NCBI RefSeq assembly: GCF_030144855.1
Contig: NC_082721.1
Span: forward strand, 44,020,001 to 44,084,000
DNA from: Hypanus sabinus
Taxonomy: Eukaryota
DNA length: 64,000 nt
Direction of reading: 5' to 3'
The notes beneath the pieces are model-generated. The model searched no databases, was not told where the DNA came from, and worked only from the letters and a program-made list of their open reading frames with translations. Shown here in pieces: positions 1-11,640 of this stretch; within the stretch, counting starts at the first letter, position 1, and the number at the start of each line of letters is the position of its first letter. The translations under genes and the position numbers were made by a program.

Positions 1-242
1 TGAGTCTGTGTAGCGACCGGAATCACTGAGCGGCCGGACCCCAAAAGGAGCAGTGTTCAGTTGAAAAGGTGGCAGGAGAGAGGAGGGAAGAACCAGGGAA
101 TTGGATGGGTGTCTGCAAGAGTGTTCTAGCCTGACCGGGAGAAATGGAAGTTCAGTGAAAGTTGGAGGGAGGTATCACCTGAAAATCCTCATACAATAAC
201 TTGAAACTTGTAGTTGTGTTGTCTTGACAACCGTGGGCTACA
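1..242 (+). mobile_element. Probable 3' end of a Gypsy-type LTR inserted in the J-C intron of Ig cluster A
   Basis: Ends ...GTGGGCTACA (CA terminus) just before homology with cluster B intron begins (GGCCGCATTCTGAG). Shares short motifs (TGAGTCTGT, GGACCCCAAA) with the reverse complement of the 56067-56763 LTR. Patchy similarity only. Confidence 0.4.
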
Positions 243-660
243 TCATATCCCCGGTGATACCCTCAGGCCGCATTCTGAGAAGCTGGAACTCCTCACGCTG
301 GCTTCCAACAAACCAGAGCAAAAGTGGCCAAGCTGATAGGATTGAAACCGCGCAAACATGGAGTTGGATGGACAATTTCAGAAACGAAATATTAAAGTGC
401 AGAGCCAGAGACACAACACACGGCACCAGCGAGAAAACACAACCGAAAAGACAGCTTGTTTAAAGGCGATAACAATTCACACACAACTCTATATTCACCG
501 AACACAATTTCATCGACCCACGGTATGTGGAACGACCGGATCGTAAACTTGCGTTTTCATAATCAAATTCGCCAAGAAATAACAACGTATAAATTATTAT
601 TTGCCAGGTGACCATATGCATGCAGCTCGAAATTGCAGGAGGGGTTTCCCTGTCAGTTAC

Positions 661-1004
661 CTGTAACAAAGAGCTTGGTCCCTGGGCCGAACATGTAATA
701 ACTGCTCGATGAAACCCACTTTTCGCAGTTATAGACGGCAGCGTCATTCAGCTCCACATTTTTTATGTTTACCTGGTAAATGGTGCCGGCGCTGTTGACT
801 GCCGACGTGAAACGGTCGCTGCTGAAGCCAGGCCCATAGGTCGGGGCGCTGAGTGAGTCAAGGTAGTACAGGATCCATTGTGGAACCGTTCCCGGTGTCT
901 GCTTGTACCAAAATCCTTTGTTCCGATGTCACATTCCAGCGCGGCCGTGGCTCCTGGACGCACCGACACGGTCGGAGGCTGAGTCAAAGTCTGGCATTCT
1001 CCAG
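661..1004 (-). pseudogene. Ig light chain (sigma-like) germline-joined V-J exon, cluster A, frameshifted
   Basis: Acceptor TTTTACAG ends at 1005; donor G|GTAACT at 661/660. Translation: (S)GECQTLTQPPTVSVRPGATAALECDIGTKD-[13-nt deletion vs cluster B]-WYKQTPGTVPQWILYYLDSLSAPTYGPGFSSDRFTSAVNSAGTIYQVNIKNVELNDAAVYNCEKWVSSSSYYMFGPGTKLFVT. Both Ig Cys, the Trp and the FGxG J motif are present. Long CDR2 and YGPGFSSDRFTS fit sigma (recalled). Confidence 0.9.
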
Positions 1005-1108
1005 CTGTAAAAAAACAGGAATTCAGCTTTAACCATTGACTGTTTAATGTGTCCCCTGAAGCCCACATCAACAACCGCTGGTGGTGCAGACATTCTGCCT
1101 GTACTTAC

Positions 1109-1157
1109 AGCCCAGCCACATTGCCAGAGACCAGAAAAAGCACAACGTCCGTATCAT
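1109..1157 (-). CDS. Leader (signal peptide) exon of Ig light chain cluster A
   Basis: ATG at 1157; 49 nt encoding MIRTLCFFWSLAMWLG plus 1 nt, then a GTAAGT donor and a 104-nt intron; phase 1 joins in frame to the V exon. Confidence 0.9.
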
Positions 1158-1234
1158 TGCTGTCCGTCAGCCTCCTACGTCCCTTCAAGCCGATGGATCC
1201 GTGACAGACTGTGGCTGCCGTCTCCAATGGTACC

Positions 1235-1279
1235 TATTTATTGAGGCGTTCATACCAGGGAGGAAACCCATGCAAATCA
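1235..1279 (-). promoter_or_regulatory. Ig light-chain promoter A: octamer/decamer and degenerate TATA
   Basis: Coding-strand TGATTTGCAT (1270-1279), matching the TNATTTGCAT light-chain decamer, about 113 bp upstream of the ATG. AATAAATA at 1235-1242, where cluster B has TATAAATA. Confidence 0.85.
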
Positions 1280-1301
1280 GGGCTACTCACACTGACTAAC
1301 C

Positions 1302-1545
1302 AGAGCAACACACACAAAATTCCCGAGGAACTCAGCAGGTCAGGCAGGATCTAGGAAAACAGTATCATCGCCGTTTCGGGCCGAAAGCCTTTGGTAATAT
1401 TTGTCCGCTTCTCTGTCCTACACCGGATTCACGCTTTCAATCTCTATTCACTCTTTCCCAAAATGCTGCCTTTCCTGCCGAGTTCCTCCGGTATTTTGCG
1501 AGTGTTGCTCAGATTTCCAGCATCTGCAGATTTTCTCTTGTTTCT
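1302..1545. mobile_element. Penelope-derived short element with inverted arms
   Basis: Left arm AGCAACACACACAAAATTCCCGAGGAACTCAGCAGG is the approximate reverse complement of right arm CCTGCCGAGTTCCTCCGGTATTTTGCGAGTGTTGCT. Same terminal sequence as the Penelope tails at 15180-15270 and 49490-49580. Confidence 0.7.
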
Positions 1546-2382
1546 GATCAACTAGAACAAAGTATTTGAAACCTTCCTATTCACCGTCTCACACTATCAG
1601 CATGAGGCGGTGTCACTGGTGGCAAAAGCCAGATCAGTTGATAAAACCAAAGTGTATGAACAGACTTTTCTGTGTCCAATATCTCCCAAATTTGAACAGA
1701 GGGATGCCGATACAAAGGTCCGTGTCCTCTTTTGTCCCCAGCTAACGTGTAATAGACAACCCTCAGATCTACAGGTTGCGACGAAGTGCTGCTGGAAGCT
1801 CGGTGGGAGACTGATGAACGCTGCCGACTGCGCAGTCCAGCAGTACGTGCATTGTAGTCGGTGCAGCCAAAGTTAAAACTGCACAGGCTGGAAAGACTCT
1901 TGATCAATTAAAGGAGAATCTCCAGGGGGAGCCACATGAGTGGCGATCGTGCCATGTTTGTGTGTACTTTTTAAAGTTCATCTCACTGAATATCATAATC
2001 ACAATTGTGAATGTTTACACAGCTTCTTCCCTGGATTTGAAATAAAAAATAATCTTTCCCTCTTATTTCCCTGATTCAGTTCTTGCTACTTTCCATTCCT
2101 CAAAATCCAGGCACAACGGAGCAGACAGTACTGATTTTCTGTTTCTGCACAAATCATTCAGATGTTGAGTTCAAATCCACTTTAACTGTTAGAGGGATTG
2201 AAGTCTGTTTGAATGTGGGGATGGAATCTGTTCCGAGTAAGGTGCAGAAAGCTATTGTGTACATTCGTACAAGCAGACAGCGGGAACAACTCCACAATGG
2301 ATTCTCCGGTATTACTGCACACACGCAGCGACCCGATACACAGGCAGAGTTATTAACCCTTGGGAGAGTGCCTCTCATCATT

Positions 2383-2668
2383 GGTACTATGGTAGCGTTG
2401 TGGTTAGCACGACGCAATTACAGCTTGGGGCGATCTTGTGAAAAACGTTTCATTCTGGCACTGGTTGTAAGGAATTTCTACTTTCACTTAGTGAGTGCGT
2501 ACATTTCCATCGGGTGTTCCGGTTTCCTCCCACCTTCCAAGGACGCACAGGTTAGTAGGTTAACTAGTCATTGTAAATGTGCCATTGATTAGGCTAGTGT
2601 TAAATAGGTTGGTTGGGCCGGAAGGACCTGTTCCTTTGACCCGCTAAATACTTAAATAAATAAATAAT
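2383..2668 (+). mobile_element. HE1-like V-SINE
   Basis: tRNA-like head GGTACTATGGTAGCGTTGTGGTTAGCAC, V-domain GGGTGTTCCGGTTTCCTCCCAC...CCAAGG, tail GGGCCGGAAGGACCTGTT and (TAAA)n. Orthologous copy at 55137-55420. Confidence 0.75.
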
Positions 2669-3599
2669 TACCCGTCCATGTCAGTCTCCAATCCCACATC
2701 ATACACTTGGCTGACGGGTCCCACTGAGTTTACATACGCACGTGTGATCAAAAAATATCCTAGGGAATCAGCAACATTTTGGGGTAGGTGGAGTTGCGGA
2801 GGGGGGATTCAGGCAATAGGTCATTATACAGTTATTTTTCTTTGAGTGTGGTCTTCACCCATTCCTTGAGATAGTCTGATAAAAGGAACAGGAGGTGTTG
2901 CCAGTTGGAGCATCTGGGTCTCTGGTGTTTAGTGTTCCAGCAACAATAGTCCTTGCCCCAGGCTGAATGTTCTGTGTGCAGCAGGTTGCTGGAGGTGCTC
3001 ATCCTGCAGCTAAAGTTAATGAAGATAGTGCGAGACAGGGTGATCACCATACAGCCAGGCTAGCAGACACATTGGCCATGATTCCCCTCTGAACACACTG
3101 CTCCATGACTGAATGATATTCAGAGTACTGATTAGGAGTTTTCTCCTGGGCTAGAGGATGAATATATGGTCAATTGTGTCCATTGTGCAAGTGGGTCCAT
3201 TCTGCAGGGAGAGAGTAAAATGATCTGCAGATTATCCAGAGGATTCTTAAAGTTAGTGATCACTTGAGTTTACTGTGGCACAGAAATGATTCAGGGCAGG
3301 GGTGTTGTCTCTATGGTGTCCCAGTCACTAAACCCTGTTCAGTGATTTCACTGGAAAATCCTGGATGGGCAGAATGAAGGGGAACCAATGTCTTCAAACA
3401 TTCCCAAGATGTTTGGCTTTGTAGTGTAAATTGGCCAGGTTTTCAGATGAGTGTCAGGATTTGAAGGGAATGTGAGGGGAAAGGAAAGGGATTGGTACAA
3501 GGCTGGTGTAAATAGGTGTTTGATGGAAAGCACAGACACAGAACTCTGAAGAGTCTCTTTCCATGCTTTATGACATGCTTTATGCTTTATGGCTTTAGG

Positions 3600-6500
3600 C
3601 TAGTGGGATGGGAAGCAGAGTGCCAGATCAGTAAGTGGAGAGGGTGCGGAGGCAGATATTGGTGAAACCTCAGACAAAGTTTGGAATCAAAATGTTGAGC
3701 ATGGTGCAACGAGTGTCCCGAGTTGTGTATATTTCAATGCTACAGGTTTCCTAGGAAAGATGGATAATAGTGCTGGAGATGAGGTAACAGGTGTACAAAT
3801 AGAGGCCATGTGTAGTGAGGAAGATATGTTGATGGGGCAAATATTGCCATCAAGAGAATGAGTTTCAACAAAAATCAAAAAGGGTGAATACAGGACTGAA
3901 GATGTTGTATTTGAATGCAGAATAAGGTAGATAATTTTGCAGCACAGTTGCAGATTGGCAGTAATGATGTTGTAGGCATCATTGAATTATGGTTGACAAA
4001 AGATTACAGCTGGGAGCTTAATAAACATATTGTATCACATTGGATCAAATGCAAAGGCTTGAAGGCAATGGGGGTGGCATTTATCTATTGGTTAAAAAAT
4101 GAAATCAAATCATCAGGAAGAGGTCACATGCGGTCGGAAGGTATTGAATCATTGTGGATAGAGCTAAGGAAATGTAAGGGTTAAATGACTCTGATGGGAG
4201 TTGTGTACAGAACCCCAAACAACAGTAACAATGTGGCTTACAAATTATAATGGGAGATAGAAAATGCATGCAACAAAGGAAATGTAACAATAGTCATGGG
4301 GAATTTTATATGCAGGTATATTGGGAAAATTATATTGGTGCTGGATGCTAGGAGGAAGAATTTCTAGAGTGCCTACAAGATGGCTTTTTAGAGCAGCTCG
4401 TGGTTAAGCCCACTGGGTTGTGTGTTCGGCAGTGAAATAGAATTGATTAGACAGCTTATGGTAAAACAACCCTGAAGGGAAAATGATCATAATATGATCA
4501 AATTCACCTGAAACTTGAAAAGGAGAAGCAAATGTCAGATATACTAGTATTACAGTAGTGTAAAATAAATTACAGAGAAATGAGAGAGGAGCAGGCCAGT
4601 TCATTGAAAAAGAATCCTGGCAGGGATGACGGCAGAGCAATAACGACTGTAATTTCTGAAAGCTTTTAACAATCAACAGAAGGCAAGCAAAAATGTCATG
4701 AAGAAGGTAAAGATAGAATATGAAATTAGGCTACCAATAATGTTGAAGAGGATACCAAAAGTTTCTTCTGATACATAAAGTGCAAAAGAGAGGTAACTGT
4801 GGACATCAGAGCTCTGGAAGATGGTGCTGGAGATGTTGTAATCGGGGACAATGAATTGGGGGATGAGCAGAATAAATGTTTTGCATCAGTCTTCACTTTG
4901 GAAGGCACTAGCAGTATGGTGAAAGTTTCAGGTGTCAGTGTTCATGAAGGGTTTGAAGTTACTATAACTCTAGAGCAGGCTCTTGAGAAACTAAAAGGTC
5001 TGAAGGTAGATATACGTCACGTAGACCAGATGGTGTACACTCAAGTGTTCTGAAAGAGGAGGCATTAGTAATGATCTTTCAAGAATATTTAGATTCTGGA
5101 ATGGATTTGGGAGACCGGAATATTGCTAATGTCACTCTGCTCTTCAAGGCGGGACAGACACAGAATAAGAGAAATTATAGGCCAGTGAGTCTCCCCTCAG
5201 AGGTTGGGAAGATGTTGGAGTCAATTGATAAGGAAGTGGTTTTGGGGTACTTGGAGGCACATGATAGAACAGGTTGTAGTGAGAATAGTTTCCTTAAGGG
5301 AAAATCTTTCCTGACAAATAAATTGGAATTTTTTGAAGAATTAACATATAGAATAGAGAATGGTAAATCAGTAGATATTGTGTGCCTGGATTTTCAGAAG
5401 GCCTTAAACAAGGTGTCTCACATGAGGCTCTTCAAATAAAATCAAATCAAATCAAGTCACTTTTATTGTCATTTCAACTATAACTGCTGGTACAGTACTT
5501 AGTAAAAATGAGACAATGTTTTTTCAGGACTGGGTGTTACATGACACTGTACAAAAACTAGACTGAACTACGAAAAAAACAACACAGAAAAGAAATTACA
5601 CTAGACTGCAGACCTACCCAGCTCTGCATAAAGTGCACAAAACAGTACAGGCATTACAATAGATAATAGACAAGACAATAGGGCAGTAAGGTGTCAGTCC
5701 AGTCTCTGGATATTGAGGAGTCTGATAGTTTGGGGAAGAAACTGTTAGCCTGGTCGTGAGAGCCAGAATGCTTTGATGCCTTTTCTCAGACGGCAGGTGA
5801 GAGAAGAGTTTGTCTGAGGGGTGCGTGGGGCCCTTCATAATGTTGTTTGCTTTGCGGATGCAGCATGTCGAGTAAATGTCCGTAATGGCATTAAGAGAGA
5901 ATCTGATGATCTTCTCAGCTGACCTCACTATCCACTGCAGGGTCTCGTGACCCAAGATGGTGCAAATTCTGAACCAGGCAGTGATGCAGCTGCTCAGGAC
6001 ACTCTCAATACAACTCTTGTAAAATGTGATGAGGATCAGGGGTGGGAGATGGACTTTCCTCAGCCTTCACAGAAAGTAGACACACTGCTGGGCTTTCTTT
6101 GCGATGGAGCTGGTGTTGAGGGAACAGCTGAGATTCTCCACCAGTTGAACGCCAAGATGTTTGGTGCTCTTAACGATCTCAGTGATCAGCGGGGAGTGGT
6201 CTCTCTATGTCCTCCTGAAGTAAACAGCCATCTCTTTTGTTTTCTTTACATTCAGATTTTAACAAGCTACGAGGTCTTTCTGTTCCAGGAAAGATGGTAA
6301 CATGGATAAACCAGTGGCTGCTTAGGAGGAGGCAAAGAGCGGTATTAAAGACAGCCTTTACTGGCTGGCTACTGGGGACTAGTGGTGTTCCACAGGGATC
6401 TCTGCAGGGTTGGAATCTTTTTACGAAATATGTCAATGATTTGGATGATTGAATTGATGGTGTTGTTGTAAAGTTTTTATACAGTATGAAGGTAAGTTGA

Positions 6501-7330
6501 GTGGCATGTAGATTTAAGCAAGTACAGAAGTTAGAGAAGCACTTAGAATGATTCAGAGAATGGGTAAAGAAATAGCAGTTGGAATAAAATGTTAGGAGCT
6601 GTATGGTCCTGCACTTTGGTAGAATCAATGAAACGGTTGACTATTTTCTAAATGGAAACAAAATACAAAGAAATTGAGGTGGAAAGGTACTTGGGAGACA
6701 TTGAGCAAGATTCCCTGAAGGTTACTTTGCAGGTTACATCTTTGATGAGGAAGGCAAATTAATGTTAGCATTCATTTCAAAAGGACTACAATCTAAAATT
6801 TGATCTACAATCTAAATTTGATACTTTATAAAGCACTGCTGAGGCCTCATTTTGCATATTGTGTGCAGTTTGGCACCCCTAATCGTAGAAAGGAATTGTT
6901 GATTCTGGAGAAGATTCAAAGCACATTCACAAAAATGATATCAGGTCATACACAAATCAATTGATGGTTCTGAGCCTGCATTCACTGGAATTACGAAGAA
7001 TGAAGGGTGACTTTGTAGAATCTATTGAATGGCAAACGGCGTTGGTAGTGTATGTGAGAGTCAAAGACCAGAGGACACAGCCTCAGAATAGAAGAGTGTC
7101 CTTTTGGCATGAAGATGAGAAGGAATTTCTTTAGCCAGAGACTGGTGAATCTGTGCAATTCTTTGCCACAGGCAACTGTGGAGGACAAGTCAATATGTAT
7201 ACTTAAGGCATAGGTTGGTTGAATCTTAATCAGTGAGGACATGAACAATATGGAGGGAAGGCAGGAGATTGGTCTGAGAGCAAAATTGGATCAGCCTTGA
7301 TGAAATGGTGACGTGAATTTGATGGGCCAA
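3600..7330 (+). mobile_element. Old CR1 LINE relic (endonuclease + RT), interrupted by Rex1
   Basis: Fragments DVVGIIELWL, NYRPVSLPSEVGKMLES, VDIVCLDFQKALNKVSH, SGVPQGSLQG, YVNDLDD; many stops and frameshifts. Confidence 0.85.
5434..6258 (-). mobile_element. Rex1/Babar-type LINE 3' fragment
   Basis: TLQWIVRSAEKII...CIRKANNIMKGPTHPSDKLFSHLPSEKRHQSI is a Rex1 RT C-terminus; (GATTT)n tail at 5434-5456; it splits the CR1 RT between HMRL and NKLRG. Confidence 0.8.
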
Positions 7331-7639
7331 ATTGCCTAATTTTGCTTCTATATATATCTTCAGTTCTTATGGTCTAATGGAATTGAAGGAAAGTGTAGGA
7401 AGCATGAAATCAATCACGGTGATCCCAGGATTACTTACTTTGCTTTACTCTATGGGTTTCAAAAATGCAGGATAGAGGAGCTAAATACTTTCCTGCATAA
7501 ATAGAGCAGGAGGGAGACTGTAGTCACATGGATGATTGAGTGCAGATCACGAAGAGGTGCAGTCCGCCAGGCCAGAAAGAAGAACCAGAGCTGGGTCCAG
7601 TGCCCTCTTTATGACAGTATTCCTGAGTCACACCCTGTG

Positions 7640-9341
7640 ACTTCCATGTCTGGAAGTACTGAAAACTGGGAGGAACCCATTGGCATGATGAAGGAAACAA
7701 TGAACACCACAAAGACCAACATTGCTTTTTGGAATGTACAAAGCATGAACAATACTGGCAAGCTGAAACAAATATCTCTAGAAATGCGTCGTTACAATCT
7801 ACATATACTAGGTGTCAAATGGACCGGGTTTGGCAGACTCGTGGCAGCAACTGTTCAAACAGTTTTATGCTCAGGAAGGGAAGACAGTCAGCATCACGTT
7901 GGTGTAGCTGTCATTTTGAATAAAGGCATTGGGAAGTGCTTGCAGGGGTGAAAACCAATCAACAGTAGGCTGATTGGTGTCAGGCTGAAGGAGAAGCATG
8001 TGAATGTAACTGTGGTCCAATGATATGCTCCAATTAACAATATTGACATTGAAGATTAAGATGTTTTCTACAAACAGCCACAATTAGAGTCATCATTACA
8101 GGGAATCTAAAAGTTGCAGTTAGAAGTATACTTCACACTTCACATGGGCCTTGGGCAAGTATGGATATGGAACAATGAATAACAATGGTGAAAGACTGGT
8201 GGAACGCTGTACCATAAGCAATCTGGTCATGGGAAGAACCTTCTTTCCACACCATGAAATCCACAAACTGACATGGTGCTCAGCTGGTAGATGTGACGGG
8301 AACCAGGTTGACCATTTGATACTCAATGGTATGTGCATAGTATCCTTGCAGGATCTAACGGTGAAGAGAGGAGTAGATAGAGGAAGTGATTGCCACTTTG
8401 TTGTAGCAGTGATGAAAGTCAAACTGAGAAGCACTGGGACAAGAACTCATATACAAAAATGTCACGGTCATCAATGTGAGATCCACATTCACCATTCAGT
8501 TTATGAACAAATTCCAGGCTTTGCAAGACCTTAACAAGGATGTGTCAATAGATAACATCGAAACAAAATGGAACTGCATTGTCCCAGTCTTCAAGGAGTG
8601 CAGCGAGGCTTTTCTAGGATACAGAGAAGGAAAGAAGAACAAAGAATTGATACAGCTGTAAACATGGACACCCTGAGAAAAAAAATGGAAAATAAAGAAG
8701 TAAATATTAGATTTAAAGAAATGCTGATTTAGCTGAAACATCAATTAGTATACACAGAATCTAATAAGAAAGTTAAGAGTCTTGTAAGAAAGAATAAGAG
8801 ATTCCACATGGAAGACACTGCAGAGGAAGCCAAAGCAGCAGCTAATCGATGCGATCAGGGAAATATATACAAGATTTAAAAATTGGTAGGTTCCAGGTCA
8901 GATCAAGTGGTCCCAGGAGAGATAAGAACAGTCTGCTTTTCACAACTGAGAAAGAGCAAGAAGCATGATGGGCAGAGAATTTCAGAGAATTACTGCATAG
9001 GTCACCTCTGAATGAGGAACCTGATATAAAAGAGGCAGCAGTGGACCTCAACATAAACACAGATCCACACAAGAAAGAAGAGATTGTTGCTGCAATTAAA
9101 TCAATAAAGAGCAAAGCTCTAGGACATCACAATTTGAAATCCGAACTGCTCAAACAGAACCAAAAGTTGCAGCAGCCATCCTACAACCACTCTTTGCTAT
9201 AATCTGGACTTGGGGACAAGTAACGAAGAAATGGACAAAAGTAGTATTGCCACAATCCCGGAGAAAGGAACTCTAAATAATTGCAACAGCTGGCATGAAA
9301 CCACACATTGGTTAGTGCCCAGCAAGGTGCTCACCAAAATC
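7640..9341 (+). mobile_element. RTE-clade LINE relic (endonuclease and start of RT)
   Basis: IAFWNVQSM..TGKL..ISLEMRRYNLHILG, MGKYGYGTMNNNGERLV, FPHHEIHKLTW, NQVDH, IATIPEKGTLNNCNSW; many stops. Confidence 0.8.
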
Positions 9342-11064
9342 TTGAATGATTTCTTCTCTTCGGTATTCACTAAGGAGAAGGATATTGAATTGTCTAAGGT
9401 GTGGGAAACAAGTAAGGAAGTTATGGAACCTATGACAATTAAAGAGGTGGAGGTACTGGCGCTTTTAAGAAATTTAAAAGTGGATAAATCTCCGGGTCCT
9501 GACAGGATATTCCCCAGGACCTTGAGGGAAGTTTGTGTAGAAATAGCAGGAGCTCTGACGGAGATCTTTAATATGTCATTAGAAACGGGGATTGTGCTGG
9601 AGGAATGGTGTATTGCTCATGTGGTTCCATTGTTTAAAAAGGGTTCTAGAAGGAATCCTAGCAATTATAGACCTGTCAGTTTGACATCAGTGGTGGGTAA
9701 ATTAATGGAAAGTATTCTTAGAGGTAATATTTATAATTATCTGGATAGATGGGATCTGATTAGAAGTAGCCAGCATGGATTTGTGCGTGGAAGGTCACGT
9801 TTGACAAACCTTATTGAATTTTTTGAAGAAGTTACGAGGAATGTTGACGAGGGTAAGGCAGTGGATGTAGTCTATATGGACTTCAGCAAAGCCTTTGACA
9901 AAGTTCCACATGGAAGGTTAGTTAAGAATGTTCAGTCGTTAGGTATTAATGCTGGAGTAATAAAATGGATTCAACAGTGGCTAGATGGGAGATGCCAGAG
10001 AGTAGTGGTGGATAATTGTTTATCGGGATGGAGGCCGGTGACTAGCGGGGTGCCTCAGGGATCTGTTTTGGGCCCAATGTTGTTTGTAATATACATAAAT
10101 GATCTGGATGATGGGGTGGTAAATTGGATTAGTAAGTATGCCGATGATACTAAGGTAGGAGGTGTTGTGGATAATGAGGTGGATTTTCAAAGCTTGCAGG
10201 GAGATTTATGCCGGTTAGAAGAATGGGCTGAATGTTGGCAGATGGAATTTAATGCTGAGAAGTGTGAGGTTCTACATTTTGGCAGGAATAATCCAAATAG
10301 AACATACAGAGTAAATGGTAGGGCATTGAGGAATGCAGAGGAACAGAGAGATCTAGGAATAACTGTGCATAGTTCCCTGAAAGTGGAGTCTCATGTAGAT
10401 AGGGTGGTGAAGAGGGCTTTTGGAACGCTGGCCTTTATAAATCAAAGCATTGAGTACAGAAGTTGGGATGTAATGCTTAAGTTGTACAAGGCATTGGTAA
10501 GGCCAAATTTGGAATATTGTGTGCAGTTCTGGCCACCGAATTATAGGAAAGATATCAATAAATTAGAGAGAGTGCTGAGACGATTTACTAGGATGTTACC
10601 TGGGTTTCAGCAATTAAGTTACAGAGAAAGGTTGAACAAGTTAGGTCTCTATTCATTGGAGCGTAGAAGGTTGAGGGGGGATTTGATCAAGGTATTTAAA
10701 ATTTTGAGAGCGATAGATAGAGTTGACGTGAACAGGCTGTTTCCATTGAGAGCAGTGGAGATTCAAACTAGAGGACATGATTTGAGAGTTAGGGGGCAGA
10801 AGTTTAAGGGAAACACGAGGGGGTATTTCTTTACTCAAAGAGTGATAGCTGTGTGGAATGAGCTTCCTGTAGAAGTAGTAGAGGCCAGTTCAGTTGTGTC
10901 ATTTAAGGTAAAATTGGATAGGTATATGGACAGGAAAGGAGTGGAGGGTTATGGGCTGAGTGCGGGTAGGTGGGACTAGGTGAGATTAAGGGTTCGGCAC
11001 GGACTAGGAGGGCCAAGATGGCCTGTTTCCGTGCTGTGATTGTTATATGGTTATATGGTTATAT
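9342..11064 (+). mobile_element. Young 5'-truncated CR1 LINE with uninterrupted RT coding region
   Basis: Open frame to the stop at 10979: KSPGPDRI, NYRPVSLTSVVGKLME, YMDFSKAFDKVPH, SGVPQGSVLGP, KYADDTK; 3' UTR ends in a (GTTATATG)n microsatellite tail. Confidence 0.95.
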
Positions 11065-11640
11065 ACTTACCAAATGGGATCTGCCAATTAAGAAATGGAA
11101 GGGCCAGTTAGATAGGGAGGTACTGAGGCCCAGGTCTTGGAGGTTAGTGATGACCTTTGAGGGGATGATGGTGTTGAATGTGGAGCTGTGGTCAATGAAT
11201 AACATCCTTACGAACACTCCTTCAATATACAGGTGTTCCAGAGATGAGTAAAAGGCCAATAAAATAGCATTTACTGTTGAACTGTTGTGATGGTAGGTCA
11301 AGTATTATAGACCCTCACGTAGGCGGTGATATGCTTCATGAATAACCTCTTGAATCACTTCACCACGTGGATGTAAGCATAAATGGAAGATAGTGATTGA
11401 GGCAGGATACCATGTCCTTCTTGCGCCCTTGTATGACTGATGTCTAAATGTCACAGTATACCAAGAACAGAAGGTTGAAAATGTCCATGAACACTCCAGC
11501 CAGTTGATCACCACAGTATTCAGCAAGGTAAGCAATCTGAACGAGATAATTTCTTTGGATTCACCCTCCTATAGGATTGCTCAGCTCAGCCTCAGAAATG
11601 GAGATGGCAGGGTCATTGACTCTGTGGGGAATTGTGAAGA
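11065..11640 (-). mobile_element. Rex1/Babar LINE RT relic
   Basis: VRMLFIDHSSTFNTIIPSKVITNLQDLGL resembles Rex1 RT VRMLFxDYSSAFNTIIP. Confidence 0.7.

Larger units (their letters stand above)
265..8008. repeat. Segmental/tandem duplication block A (paralog about 52510-64000)
   Basis: Intron, VJ, leader, promoter, Penelope hairpin, V-SINE, CR1 and RTE relics occur in the same order and orientation in both blocks; about 90% identity in V by eye, lower in the flanks. Confidence 0.93.

Noticed and set aside
769-915. Both V frameshifts enter the same alternative frame (GTSRHRERFHNG...TAPAPFT) as a possible new protein
   Set aside because: There is a 50% chance given any two frameshifts; the frame ends in a premature stop before J, and cluster B has no start codon.
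661-1157. VJ exons as processed pseudogenes or somatic rearrangements
   Set aside because: Introns and promoter are retained, and the same junction is present in two diverged paralogs with later TE insertions.
1581-1907. ORFs conserved between 1581-1907 and 54370-54669 as a small gene
   Set aside because: Indels between the copies shift the frame, and there is no splice, start or domain support.
9210-10979. 589-aa ORF as a host gene
   Set aside because: It is LINE reverse transcriptase (RTE stub plus CR1) followed by a CR1 3' UTR and microsatellite tail.
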